This document shows, piece after piece, positions 20,535 through 29,884 of a stretch of 64,000 bases of DNA. Below the pieces are notes generated by a model, which saw only the letters and a list, made by a program, of their open reading frames with translations, did no database searches and had not been told where the DNA came from. The stretch is from an uncultured delta proteobacterium. GTDB taxonomy: Bacteria; Desulfobacterota; WTBG01. Where the stretch lies: positions 117,722 to 181,721 of the forward strand of contig CAWCBP010000002.1 of the NCBI GenBank assembly GCA_963793865.1. The letters run 5' to 3'. Made by a program: the position numbers and the translations under genes. How positions within the stretch are numbered: the stretch's first letter is position 1; the number at the start of each line of letters is the position of its first letter.

Positions 20535-20864
20535 GAATATCCTCCTTGGGGTACGGCGTACAGCTGGAGTAATGGAGTGTTGGAGTGATGAAGTGTTGGA
20601 TACTAGATGCTGGAGTAGTGGAGTAATGGAGTACTGGGAAATGCCCCTGCCTCCTATACTCTATCCTTCGCGGCTAAAGCCGCTCCTACCGGGGTCTCAT
20701 CTCTCTTCGCAGATCGCACATCACCCGCATCTGACTCCATCGCTCCTGGTAATAATCGCCGAGAATACATTATCGCCGGACAGGGCACCTTGTCAACCCG
20801 GAACTGGCAGCCAACAAGGCTAAAATTATAATTTCAAGATCTACCCCGGCATGGCCTCACCCAC

Positions 20865-20926
20865 GTAGGGGCAACCCCCTGTGGTTGCCCTTTCGTATTC
20901 GGGCAGGCACAGGGGCCTGCCCCTAC
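20865..20926. repeat. GTAGGGGCA...TGCCCCTAC REP doublet (BIME-like)
   Basis: further copies at 36037-36098 and 41047-41107; partial copies near 44203-44231 and 59178-59205. Confidence 0.85.
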
Positions 20927-21092
20927 AGGCTCATTTTATTGCTTATTTTCCTTGGTGTCATCCCCGGAAGTGGAGATACGGCCTTTTAATGAAATGGAGG
21001 ATCACGCTCCGCCGTGGCCGCAAATAAAATCGGACGCAACGGAGTGCGTCCCTCCACGGATGGCTTTCTGTAACCAATACTCCACTACTCCA

Positions 21093-22628
21093 TCACTCCA
21101 TTACCCCGCTTCTCTTCAGATGCTCCAGAAGCCGGACCATTGCCAGGGAATCCTGTTCGCAATACGCCAGCAGGGCCTTTCGCAGGCGCGCTTTTTCCCT
21201 CGGCGCCAGCTCATTGCCGGTAAGCTTCTCATATGCGACGCCTGCCTGCAGACCGTCAGCTATTGCCATATTTTCGTAGCTCATGGAAGGCACCAGCGCC
21301 GGGAGGACATGCTTGATGGAAAATGAGCCCAGGAACGCGGGATGATATACATTGGCGCGTATGACTTTAAGCAGGTCCCAGAGCCGCTCCCTGACCGCTT
21401 CTATTCGCCCGGCATAGCGGGGAAACGCGCCGGCAAGCAGGCTTAGGCATCGCGACTCGAAATCACTGTAAACGACAATCTTCGCCTGCCGGTGCTCCTC
21501 AAGAACAGGGAGAAGCCTTTCAATAAATGCGCGGCGCGGATCGCCGCCGTCGCCGTTAAGAAATTCGTAATGTTCAAGCCGCGCGCGGGGACCCGGCTTG
21601 AGATGAACCGACCACTGAAAAGGGATCTGATCATAGGGGTGCATACCCGCGTACCTGGGCAACGCGGGAAATGCGGTCTCAAAGTCCATGAAATAAAGAG
21701 GATAATCCAGTTTCGAAATGATAGTGCGGAGATTTCCGTCGTAGTAGGGCCTGTTTTTTCTGATACAGTCGAGGGCCCTCTTTTGAACTCCGCTCAGGGG
21801 GTAATGACCCGGTATTTTCAAAACCGACGTGATGCCCCCGGCGATCAGTTCATCCTGCTTTTTCCCGATCCCCGGCAGGTTTCCCACCCAGTCATCCGCC
21901 TGCCCATCGTGGCAGTGATCATAAAACTCACAGCCAAAAGGCACGCTGCACCGGGTGCCGCAGACGACATCAGGTGCTTTCTTCAATGCAAGCACCTTCC
22001 ACTGCCCGGAAAGCAGCGCCGGCAATTCCTTTTCAAACTGACGAATCTCATCTCTCAGGCTTTGTATGCTAAAGAGCCTTGCAACTTTCGTCTTGCTCTT
22101 GGTGCCCTCCTTTTTTTTCGTGATCTTCGTGGTTGCAAGATTGTGCGTCTTTCCGTCATACTCGTACTGCTTGTTGATGTGCATGAGGCAGGCATCCGCC
22201 ACTTTGTAGCCGCATCCCTCAAGCACATACCTCTGGATGGCCACATCGGGGATGTGCTTGGCGTCGACCCCGGTTGAAGATTTGACCTCTATAAGGCGCC
22301 AGCGGTTGCCCGGCAGGCGCACTAATATGTCGGCACGAACGTAAATATCTTCAAAGCTGAAGGCCCCTTCAAAGATGACAGGTATAGTTTTATCCGCCAT
22401 CAATTCCCTGGTGTGGGACACGGCCTCCCGGTGGGCCAGGTGATCCTCGCTCAGCAACACTCCTGAAGGGAACGACTGCCGGGCAAGCCGCCCCACTTCG
22501 TGGCCCTGGGCAAACAGCGCCTCCAGCTGCTCATCCGGCTTTTCAGCCAGGTGGGGCTCATGACAGAGCAGATACAGCCTCTTCGGGCATTGCAAACCTG
22601 CAAGAAATTTTGATTTAGATAGGTTCAT
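21093..22628 (-). CDS. DUF2779-domain protein: N-terminal RecB/Cas4-like PD-(D/E)xK nuclease plus RNase H-like C-terminal domain
   Basis: LSKSKFLAGLQCPKRLYL, RADIL...IEVKSST, Cys cluster, YFMDFET, IPFQWSVH, GSFSIKHVLP, LLAYCEQD. Confidence 0.88.
   Translation of the reverse strand: MNLSKSKFLAGLQCPKRLYLLCHEPHLAEKPDEQLEALFAQGHEVGRLARQSFPSGVLLSEDHLAHREAVSHTRELMADKTIPVIFEGAFSFEDIYVRADILVRLPGNRWRLIEVKSSTGVDAKHIPDVAIQRYVLEGCGYKVADACLMHINKQYEYDGKTHNLATTKITKKKEGTKSKTKVARLFSIQSLRDEIRQFEKELPALLSGQWKVLALKKAPDVVCGTRCSVPFGCEFYDHCHDGQADDWVGNLPGIGKKQDELIAGGITSVLKIPGHYPLSGVQKRALDCIRKNRPYYDGNLRTIISKLDYPLYFMDFETAFPALPRYAGMHPYDQIPFQWSVHLKPGPRARLEHYEFLNGDGGDPRRAFIERLLPVLEEHRQAKIVVYSDFESRCLSLLAGAFPRYAGRIEAVRERLWDLLKVIRANVYHPAFLGSFSIKHVLPALVPSMSYENMAIADGLQAGVAYEKLTGNELAPREKARLRKALLAYCEQDSLAMVRLLEHLKRSGVME
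22079..22138 (-). mobile_element. 48-bp CCACGAAG/CACGAA miniature element inserted in-frame with TTGCAA target duplication
   Basis: TTGCAA at 22079-22084 and 22133-22138; removing 54 bp restores CAC AAT CTT GCA AGG CTC TTT (HNLARLF). Confidence 0.8.
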
Positions 22629-22634
22629 CTATAA

Positions 22635-23095
22635 GGGTACAGGGTGTAGGGTATAGGGTCAAAAACGCTGTTAATGGTCATTTGTCTTATATGGTCTTGA
22701 TGTCATCACCTTTGGAGTACCGGAGTAGTGGAGTAATGTATACAAACTTTTGCTCCCGTACTATGAATCTATCGCCATACTGTTCGTGCTCTTATGGTCA
22801 CCAATTTGGAGTATTGGAGTGGTGGAGTGGTGGAGTAATGGATAATGACACCAGCTTTTCTATCTGCATTCTGTATCCTACTCTACCACCGGGGTGTGAC
22901 AGATGTGGTCACTGGAAATAAAATGAGGGTACAGGGTTGAGGGTGCAGGAACAGTTGACAGTTGACAGTTTGCCGTTACCGGCTTACAGGCACCCCTACT
23001 TAACTGTCGACCCTTAACTGCAAGTTTTTTATTGTAAACTGTAAACCGTCAACTGTAAACTGTTCTTTCCTCCTGCATTCTGCATCTTCATACTG
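22635..23095. repeat. intergenic mosaic of short tandem repeat families
   Basis: AGGGT heptamers, GGAGT octamers, GTTGACA/TGTAAAC heptamers in inverted arrangement. Confidence 0.8.
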
Positions 23096-23118
23096 AAACA
23101 TTTCCCCTCACAAATCCC

Positions 23119-23166
23119 TTGACAATACATTCTTGTCGAGTATATTAGATTAACATATATGTTAAT
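23119..23166 (+). promoter_or_regulatory. sigma-70 promoter with perfect 18-bp palindromic operator
   Basis: TTGACA-N16-TATATT followed by ATTAACATATATGTTAAT (23149-23166). Confidence 0.75.
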
Positions 23167-23178
23167 TATGTGTATCTT

Positions 23179-23763
23179 ATGAAACTCACCCAACTCGGCA
23201 GCATAAAGAAACTGTATTTCGGTTATGAGGACGTGGCCAAAGCTCTTGCTATCAATCCCGACTCGGCCCGGGTGACGGTCAGCCGGTATGTTTCCCAGGG
23301 ATTGCTGGTACGTGTCAAAAGGAACATATACGTGCTCCGGGAAAAGTGGAACGCAGCAAGCAGGGAAGAAAAATTCCAGCTTGCCAACCTGGGACAGGTG
23401 CCATCGTACATTTCCCTCATGACTGCCCTTGATTATTATGAAATCACCACCCAGATGCAGCGAGAACTTATCGAATCAGTTGCTGTTACAAGGACAAAAG
23501 AAATACAATTGCCCGGCAGCGTGTTTCTCTATACCAGAATCAGCAATCCCCGTTATTTCGGGTTCACTAAACACAAAGGTTTTTTTATAGCCACCCCTGA
23601 GAAGGCTTTTCTGGATGCCATGTACCTGATGTCATTTGGACGCTACCATCTCGACCTGGCCTCCCTCGACCGGGACAGAATTAAAAGAGGTGAGGTGAGG
23701 CGGATGATCAGCACCTTTCCTCTGAAAACAAAAAAATTGCTGGAGAAACATGGATATCTTTAG
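23179..23763 (+). CDS. abiEi: type IV toxin-antitoxin AbiEi-family antitoxin
   Basis: N-terminal wHTH (LLVRVKRNIY), PSYISLMTALDYY, IATPEKAFLD; overlaps the next gene. Confidence 0.88.
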   Translation: MKLTQLGSIKKLYFGYEDVAKALAINPDSARVTVSRYVSQGLLVRVKRNIYVLREKWNAASREEKFQLANLGQVPSYISLMTALDYYEITTQMQRELIESVAVTRTKEIQLPGSVFLYTRISNPRYFGFTKHKGFFIATPEKAFLDAMYLMSFGRYHLDLASLDRDRIKRGEVRRMISTFPLKTKKLLEKHGYL

Positions 23764-24421
23764 AAGGCATGAAATGTTTGAAATCGAGGTCCTGGATGTC
23801 ATGAAGCGCGCAAAGCTGCTTGATGCTCTGGTGTTCGGCGGGGGTTCAATGCTCAGGCTTTGCCACGAGCTGAACAGGTATTCCGCCGATCTCGACTTCT
23901 GGTTTGTTAAGAGGATATCTCACACTGCATATTTAAACAGAATGCGGAAGGCCCTTGAAACGGAGTACCAGATTACCGACGCACAGATAAAACACTTTAC
24001 AATTTTAGTGGAATTACGCTCTCCCGGTTATCCCAGGAAGCTCAAGCTTGAAATACGCAGGGAAAAGAAGGAATGGGATGTCCAGGAAAGCATTGCCTTT
24101 TCCAAAGACAGCACCAAACAGGTCATGCTCAAAACGCACACGCTGGAACAAACCATCCAAAATAAGTTTGAAGCCTTTCTTGACCGGGGTGAAATCCGGG
24201 ATTGCTTTGATATAGAATTCCTGCTGCGCCGGGGCGTTGACTGCCCGCTGCTGGATGGCAGTCAGTTAGAAGCTTTTAAGAAAAAGCTTTCTGGCTTTAA
24301 AGAGAGAGATTACAAAGTCAAGCTTGGCTCTATCCTGGAGAGTGATGACCGGGATTACTATACCAAAAACAAGTTCAGTTATCTCCGGGAAACATTGGCA
24401 TCAAAAGGTGCCAGGGATTAG
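23750..24421 (+). CDS. abiEii: AbiEii/AbiGii-family nucleotidyltransferase toxin
   Basis: FGGGSMLRL, RYSADLDF, K...RD.FD motifs. Confidence 0.9.
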   Translation: MDIFRRHEMFEIEVLDVMKRAKLLDALVFGGGSMLRLCHELNRYSADLDFWFVKRISHTAYLNRMRKALETEYQITDAQIKHFTILVELRSPGYPRKLKLEIRREKKEWDVQESIAFSKDSTKQVMLKTHTLEQTIQNKFEAFLDRGEIRDCFDIEFLLRRGVDCPLLDGSQLEAFKKKLSGFKERDYKVKLGSILESDDRDYYTKNKFSYLRETLASKGARD

Positions 24422-24585
24422 GGTACAGAGGTCAGGGTTTAGGTTGCCAGGCATTCCTCTTTAAACATTGACGCTTCGTTATCTACTTTGGAATGTAAAC
24501 TTCAAAATCCATGAGTTGACAAAATATCTCTGGTATGCTCTTTTTAAAGCAATAAAATTAATCGATTGATTTCGGGAGGTACAAC

Positions 24586-26325
24586 ATGAAGATACTGCGA
24601 CAAAAACCACTCACTGTATTTGGCATTCTGACATGCTTCATCTTCCTGCTGCTGGGATCATCATGCATGCAGGGGGAAAAAATCGGCGTTGTTTATGTGG
24701 TGCATGGTGGTTTTGAGCAGTACCACCCGCAGCACCTGTGGGATTCCTCGGTGCAGTTATTTTCCTACAACCCCAACCATCCGGTCTACAAGCTCTATCT
24801 CTGGAACAGCAATAATTGGGGGGAAATGCTCAAGGCAGGCGATGCCCCCAAGGAGATCCGTAAATATTCATTTGAATACGGCCGGATCGGCGGAAAAGAT
24901 CCCTTCCATGCGCTTACCGATGAGCAGCTCGCTCATCTGGAGCAGGAACTGAACAGCAGCGGTAGCGGTAAAACGTTTGTGGTGGATTATGCCGCCTGGA
25001 TGTCGGCGGACCGCATAGAACATTATCCCTATCCCCGTTATCTCTACAATCCCCCTTCGGCCATGCCGTACGCTGACAACATCACCTATTGCGGTGAGCA
25101 GGAGGCCGACGGTCCATGGGATGACTGCGATCCCGAACGCTACAACGTGGACGGGCCGATCGATCGGCTCCTGGATGCGAAGGTGGATAAGATAATCGTT
25201 GTCGATCTCACCACCGGCGGCGTCCGCTTCTTTAAAACCTTCGATGTCATCACCATGATGAAACGCGCCCTGGCTGACAGGGGATCAGATATACCGCTCA
25301 TCTGGGCCAATGACCCGACCAGCCTCATGGAACGGTCCTATCCGACCGCACCCGCAGGCTGGACGGAAACGCTGGGTGAACCCGCGGTCGATCCCAGTGT
25401 CCCCCTCGAAGGAAATCCCGACCCCGTTTCATCCGATCCCGATCTGGCGCTGCTGTTTGTTGAGGGAATCGAAACGGTTATGCCGGAATCGGTTGCTGAT
25501 GCCGATACCGGAATTCTCCTCCTTAACCATGCAACACGCGACTGGAATCAGCTGTTCGATCCTAAAATTGACGATACCCTTGTGCTCAATAAAAATATCG
25601 AGGCCCTGCTGCTGGACCGTCATCCTGAAATCGATCCTGCAAATATCGTCGGGGCATTTATGGGCATCAAAGAGATCAATCCGGAGAATGGGTTAAATGA
25701 ACGTACCCGGGAAATGCGCGGTGAAAATATCGGCCACGCCTATCTCTATGAAATTCTTCCGCCTGCCCTCCCGGCGGGCAAATGGGGCTATCTCTACTGG
25801 GATGCCCTTGAATACCTCAAGAACCGGGGTGTCCGCCATATCGTCATTGCCTTTCCGCAGATCACCACGGATTCGGTACTGAATCTGGTCGAACAGCATA
25901 ACCAGATTGCCAAAGAAATCGGGAAAAAGACCTGGATATACTGGAAGGAGGGTGATTTTGAAACCTATCCCGGTGTGGGACACCCCTTTGCCGATTACTG
26001 GGGTAATTGGGTTGATACCGACTGTGGCGGCACGCCCTGCTGCTTTGAAATGGGCGGCTGCGATGATGGCCGGCCCTACCCGCCGCCGCGGCAGACACCC
26101 CTCGACACGCCGCGGGGAGACCTGGATCCCTCGCTGGCCTATGAGGTGAGTGACTACGGGCATCTCGGTTATAATCCGGAACTGGGACCACCGGATCCCA
26201 ACGGTCCTGTTCAGGCACAATATACCGGTACATGGGCCTACTACCGCCCGCCCAACGATGACACCCGTGTGGGAGAGCTACTCGCAAAGCACGTACTTGC
26301 TTCACTCCAGAGTGAAACCGAATAG
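24586..26325 (+). CDS. large lipoprotein with ferrochelatase-like segments
   Basis: lipobox LGSSC, GGAGG RBS; YGRIGGKDPFHALTDEQ and GVRHIVIAFPQITTDSVLNLVE resemble chelatase motifs. Confidence 0.75.
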   Translation: MKILRQKPLTVFGILTCFIFLLLGSSCMQGEKIGVVYVVHGGFEQYHPQHLWDSSVQLFSYNPNHPVYKLYLWNSNNWGEMLKAGDAPKEIRKYSFEYGRIGGKDPFHALTDEQLAHLEQELNSSGSGKTFVVDYAAWMSADRIEHYPYPRYLYNPPSAMPYADNITYCGEQEADGPWDDCDPERYNVDGPIDRLLDAKVDKIIVVDLTTGGVRFFKTFDVITMMKRALADRGSDIPLIWANDPTSLMERSYPTAPAGWTETLGEPAVDPSVPLEGNPDPVSSDPDLALLFVEGIETVMPESVADADTGILLLNHATRDWNQLFDPKIDDTLVLNKNIEALLLDRHPEIDPANIVGAFMGIKEINPENGLNERTREMRGENIGHAYLYEILPPALPAGKWGYLYWDALEYLKNRGVRHIVIAFPQITTDSVLNLVEQHNQIAKEIGKKTWIYWKEGDFETYPGVGHPFADYWGNWVDTDCGGTPCCFEMGGCDDGRPYPPPRQTPLDTPRGDLDPSLAYEVSDYGHLGYNPELGPPDPNGPVQAQYTGTWAYYRPPNDDTRVGELLAKHVLASLQSETE

Positions 26326-26861
26326 CAACTTGCTTACACGGGAAAAGAATCGTATGGAAGCGAGGGATACTATGCAAGATTCGGCACGGCATGAAATGCC
26401 GAGGTGCTCTTGCCAGTGTCATTTCCAGAAGTTCATTACATAAGAGGTCACGATATACATCGTCGTTGCGAGCGCAGCGAAGCAATCTCATGCTGTGTAA
26501 CACGTTGCTTTTATTGGATGATATTGCTTCGTCGCTGATGCTCCTCGCAACGACCCTATTAGTGCTTCATTGCTTTATTTTTGTCATTGCGAGCCCTTCG
26601 CATGCGCTCAGGATAAACTCCGCGCGGCAATCTCGTTTTTGGACAAGAGCGCTGTCATTACAAATAACATCAATTGGTTAGTGTGGTCCGACCCCAGTCG
26701 ACAACCTATGGACATCAGGATAATTTTATGATAGAAAAAGGTGTTCTAGTAATGCACCGAAGTAAGATTGCCGCACGTCGCGGGCGTGGTATACCAGCAG
26801 GTAACGGCGAGCTGATTCGGACACTTTAAACATCCTTCAATCACATCAATAAGAGGGCTCC

Positions 26862-28442
26862 TTGGAATTTACCAAACGCGCATTGCATCAATCGATCCAC
26901 AAGGGCATAGAAAAAGCGGGCTTTGCGAAAAGTCTGCCTGTGCAGAAGCAAACCTTTGAGCAGGTGCTTGACAAGGGACGGGACGTCTGCGTGCAGTCCC
27001 AGACCGGCACGGGTAAAACAGCAGCTTTCCTCATATCCATTTTTCAACTCCTCCTCACCCACGATGATTTTAAGGGAAAAAAGGCGCTGATTGTCGCGCC
27101 CACCCGCGAACTGGCAGTTCAGATCACAGAAGAAGCGCAGCTACTGGGACAGTATACCAAATTGCGAACGGGCTGTTTTTTCGGAGGGGTTGATTTTACC
27201 AAACAGGAGAACTTGCTGCGAAAAGGGGTGGACATTATTGTGGGAACCCCGGGACGATTGCTTGATTTCAGTCAGCAGGGAAAGCTGGATTTGAAAAAGG
27301 TCAGCATCCTGGTGATAGACGAGGCCGACCGGCTTTTTGACATGGGATTTCTGCCGGACATCAGAAGGCTGCTCAAAAAGACGCCTTCCCATACGGAGCG
27401 GCGCACCATGCTCTTCAGCGCCACGCTCGACTCCCGGGTCAAGGAACTTGCCTGGGAACACATGAACGACCCCGCGGAAATAAAGATAACGCCTGAGCAG
27501 GTGACCGTGGAAAGTGTATCCCAGGAACTGTACCACGTTGAACAGCGTGAAAAGATGAAACTGCTGCTCGGCATCCTTAAAAGGGAGCGGCCGAAAAACG
27601 TCCTCATCTTCACCAACACCAAACACATGGCCTATGAGGTGGCGCAGCGTCTCTCCCGCAACGGATTTGATTGCCAGTATATCATGGGTGACCTGCCGCA
27701 GAACAAACGCTTACAGGTTATCGAAGGCATCAAAACCGGGAGAATAAAATACCTGGTTGCAACCGAAGTTGCCGCCCGGGGGCTTCATATTGATGACCTG
27801 GAACTGGTGATCAACTATGATCTTCCCGCCGAGTGCGAAAGCTATGTACATCGGATCGGGCGCACCGCGCGGGTGGGAAAGTCCGGCAAGGCCATATCCT
27901 TTGCCTGTGACAAATACGTCTACGGTCTTGAAGCAATAGAATCCTTCACCAAAATGAAAATTCCCGTGGTGTGGGCGGATGATGCGCTGTTTGAAAAAGA
28001 CAGGAGTGAGGGCATGACCTTCCGCCAGCCCAGAGGCGGTCGAATGACGGAGCCAGCCGGTAAACCATCATCAAAAACCAGGCGTTCCCCGGCGGTTCAG
28101 AGACCGGCGCCTTCCGGGAAAAAGCCCCGCCGGGTTTCCCGCGGCGACCGGCATGCGCAAACCGGAACGGGTCAGGACAAAGGCATCACCCGGGAACAAA
28201 CCGGAACCGTCAAGGCTGCTCCGGCGCCCCGGCGAGAGAGGGTTGACAAGCAATCGTCCCACAAGACCGTTTCCCGCCCGGGAAGTAACAGCACGCCTGA
28301 AGAACGGATTGCCTATTACAAAAAGAAGTATGGTGAAAACTTTACCTCCCGCGCACCGGGGGCCCCGGCACCCGTCGACCATCAGAAGCCCAAACGAAAG
28401 AAGTCCCTGCTCAAAAAAATCAGAGACTTCCTGAAAAAATAA
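26862..28442 (+). CDS. DEAD-box RNA helicase (RhlB/RhlE-like) with basic C-terminal tail
   Basis: QTGTGKT, PTRELA, TPGR, DEAD, SAT, ARGLHI, HRIGRTAR. Confidence 0.95.
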   Translation: MEFTKRALHQSIHKGIEKAGFAKSLPVQKQTFEQVLDKGRDVCVQSQTGTGKTAAFLISIFQLLLTHDDFKGKKALIVAPTRELAVQITEEAQLLGQYTKLRTGCFFGGVDFTKQENLLRKGVDIIVGTPGRLLDFSQQGKLDLKKVSILVIDEADRLFDMGFLPDIRRLLKKTPSHTERRTMLFSATLDSRVKELAWEHMNDPAEIKITPEQVTVESVSQELYHVEQREKMKLLLGILKRERPKNVLIFTNTKHMAYEVAQRLSRNGFDCQYIMGDLPQNKRLQVIEGIKTGRIKYLVATEVAARGLHIDDLELVINYDLPAECESYVHRIGRTARVGKSGKAISFACDKYVYGLEAIESFTKMKIPVVWADDALFEKDRSEGMTFRQPRGGRMTEPAGKPSSKTRRSPAVQRPAPSGKKPRRVSRGDRHAQTGTGQDKGITREQTGTVKAAPAPRRERVDKQSSHKTVSRPGSNSTPEERIAYYKKKYGENFTSRAPGAPAPVDHQKPKRKKSLLKKIRDFLKK

Positions 28443-28452
28443 AAACTACCGT

Positions 28453-28632
28453 TCAACCACGAATCTCACGAAGAAAAAAAGGAAGAGCACGAAGAAAGCA
28501 GATCATAAATGGACGCAACGGAGTGCGTCCCTCCATGTGCTTCAATCCGAAACCATTACCCCATTACTCCACTACTCCATTACTCCAGAAACGAACTTCC
28601 CTTTTGCCCCTGTACCCTGTCCCCTGTACCCT
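28453..28632. repeat. intergenic mosaic (CACGAAG element, GGACGCAACGGAGTGCGTCCCTCC unit, TACTCC octamers, CCCTGT heptamers)
   Basis: direct reading; lies between convergent genes. Confidence 0.8.
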
Positions 28633-28636
28633 CTCT

Positions 28637-29884
28637 TTATAGCACCGAAAGATCATCGGGGGAAGGCGGGTATCCGGCAAATAAAGGCATGGGCGGGGGA
28701 AGACCGAAGGTATGTTGAAGGGTGATGCTGCCATCTTCGGCTGCTTTCCTGATTATCTTCAACTCGTCAAATGAATCACCCTGGACCGTGCTCAGATATG
28801 CCCACTTCTTCGCCCGGGCAATACCCACAAAAAGCATCCTTTGCCTGCTGCTGCCGGTCACCCAGGGAAACGATCTGTCAACCAGCCGGGGCATGAGGAT
28901 GCTGTCAAAGGTAAGCCCTTTCGCGCTGTGGTAGGTGGAAATCTTGGGACGCACGCTTGCAAAATTCAAGGGCTGATCATTATCAGACAACACGTCGGGG
29001 TGAATCGCCTTCTCCACGGTAATACCCCTCTCCTCCAATCCCCTGGTGATGCTGTGAATCTGCCGCTTGGTCGGAACAACGATCCCGATCATCTCGTTTA
29101 AGGTTTGACGCCGCACAATAATTTCCGCCAGCCGGTCCATCTCCTCCTGAACCGAAGGGGCTTCAAAGCACAGGGGCTGTTCCCTGACCTGCTGTTCGGT
29201 GCGGCATTGCGACAAATACTGCCTGCGATGTTCCGGGTCTTCGATGAAGCAGGAGGCAAGTCCCGCGATACAGGGCGAATTCCGGTACCCGGAAAGCAGT
29301 GTCGCATTGCGCCGGGGTATGCCCAGGGTTTCCAGTATCTGAGCCTCCGGCGCACCGTCTTCAAAGATTTTTTGAAGCGGATCGGTGAACACGGTTACGT
29401 GCCGCGCAGCCAGCTTGAGGATTTCATAAGCCTCCCCGCTCAGGTCCTGACCTTCGTCCACCAGGATAAAATCAAGCAGCCCCTGCAGCGGCGCAGCTTC
29501 CCGGAGCAGGCGCAGCACCGCGGTGCGAACCTGGCCGAAGTTGATGGTCCTCCCGCCCCCTGCCCTCGGCAGCCTGCGGGAGATGCCGGCCTCATAGACA
29601 AGCCGGCACCAGTGGTCAAAGGTGCTCACCGAGTCTTCAGGCAAACAAAGCAGCTTGAGAGCGGACCTGATGTATTCTTTTATGACGTTGGTAAAAACAA
29701 ATATCCGGTATCGTCCCGGAGGAACACTATAGCTCTCAACTATATGGGCCGCGCGATGGACAAGGACCTGGGTTTTGCCGGAACCGGGGGGACCCGCGAT
29801 GAGCCGGTGTTCCGTGGTGGGCATTTCCGCCACCCGCAGCTGCTCGGGTGTCAGCTCTGTTCGCGGCAGCAGCCAGGTGTTCAC
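28637..29884 (-). CDS. compact superfamily-1 (UvrD/Rep-like) helicase/ATPase
   Basis: GPPGSGKT, ILVDEGQD, YRNS, STYHSAKGLTFD, LFVGIARAK; only 415 aa. Confidence 0.9.
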   Translation of the reverse strand: MNTWLLPRTELTPEQLRVAEMPTTEHRLIAGPPGSGKTQVLVHRAAHIVESYSVPPGRYRIFVFTNVIKEYIRSALKLLCLPEDSVSTFDHWCRLVYEAGISRRLPRAGGGRTINFGQVRTAVLRLLREAAPLQGLLDFILVDEGQDLSGEAYEILKLAARHVTVFTDPLQKIFEDGAPEAQILETLGIPRRNATLLSGYRNSPCIAGLASCFIEDPEHRRQYLSQCRTEQQVREQPLCFEAPSVQEEMDRLAEIIVRRQTLNEMIGIVVPTKRQIHSITRGLEERGITVEKAIHPDVLSDNDQPLNFASVRPKISTYHSAKGLTFDSILMPRLVDRSFPWVTGSSRQRMLFVGIARAKKWAYLSTVQGDSFDELKIIRKAAEDGSITLQHTFGLPPPMPLFAGYPPSPDDLSVL

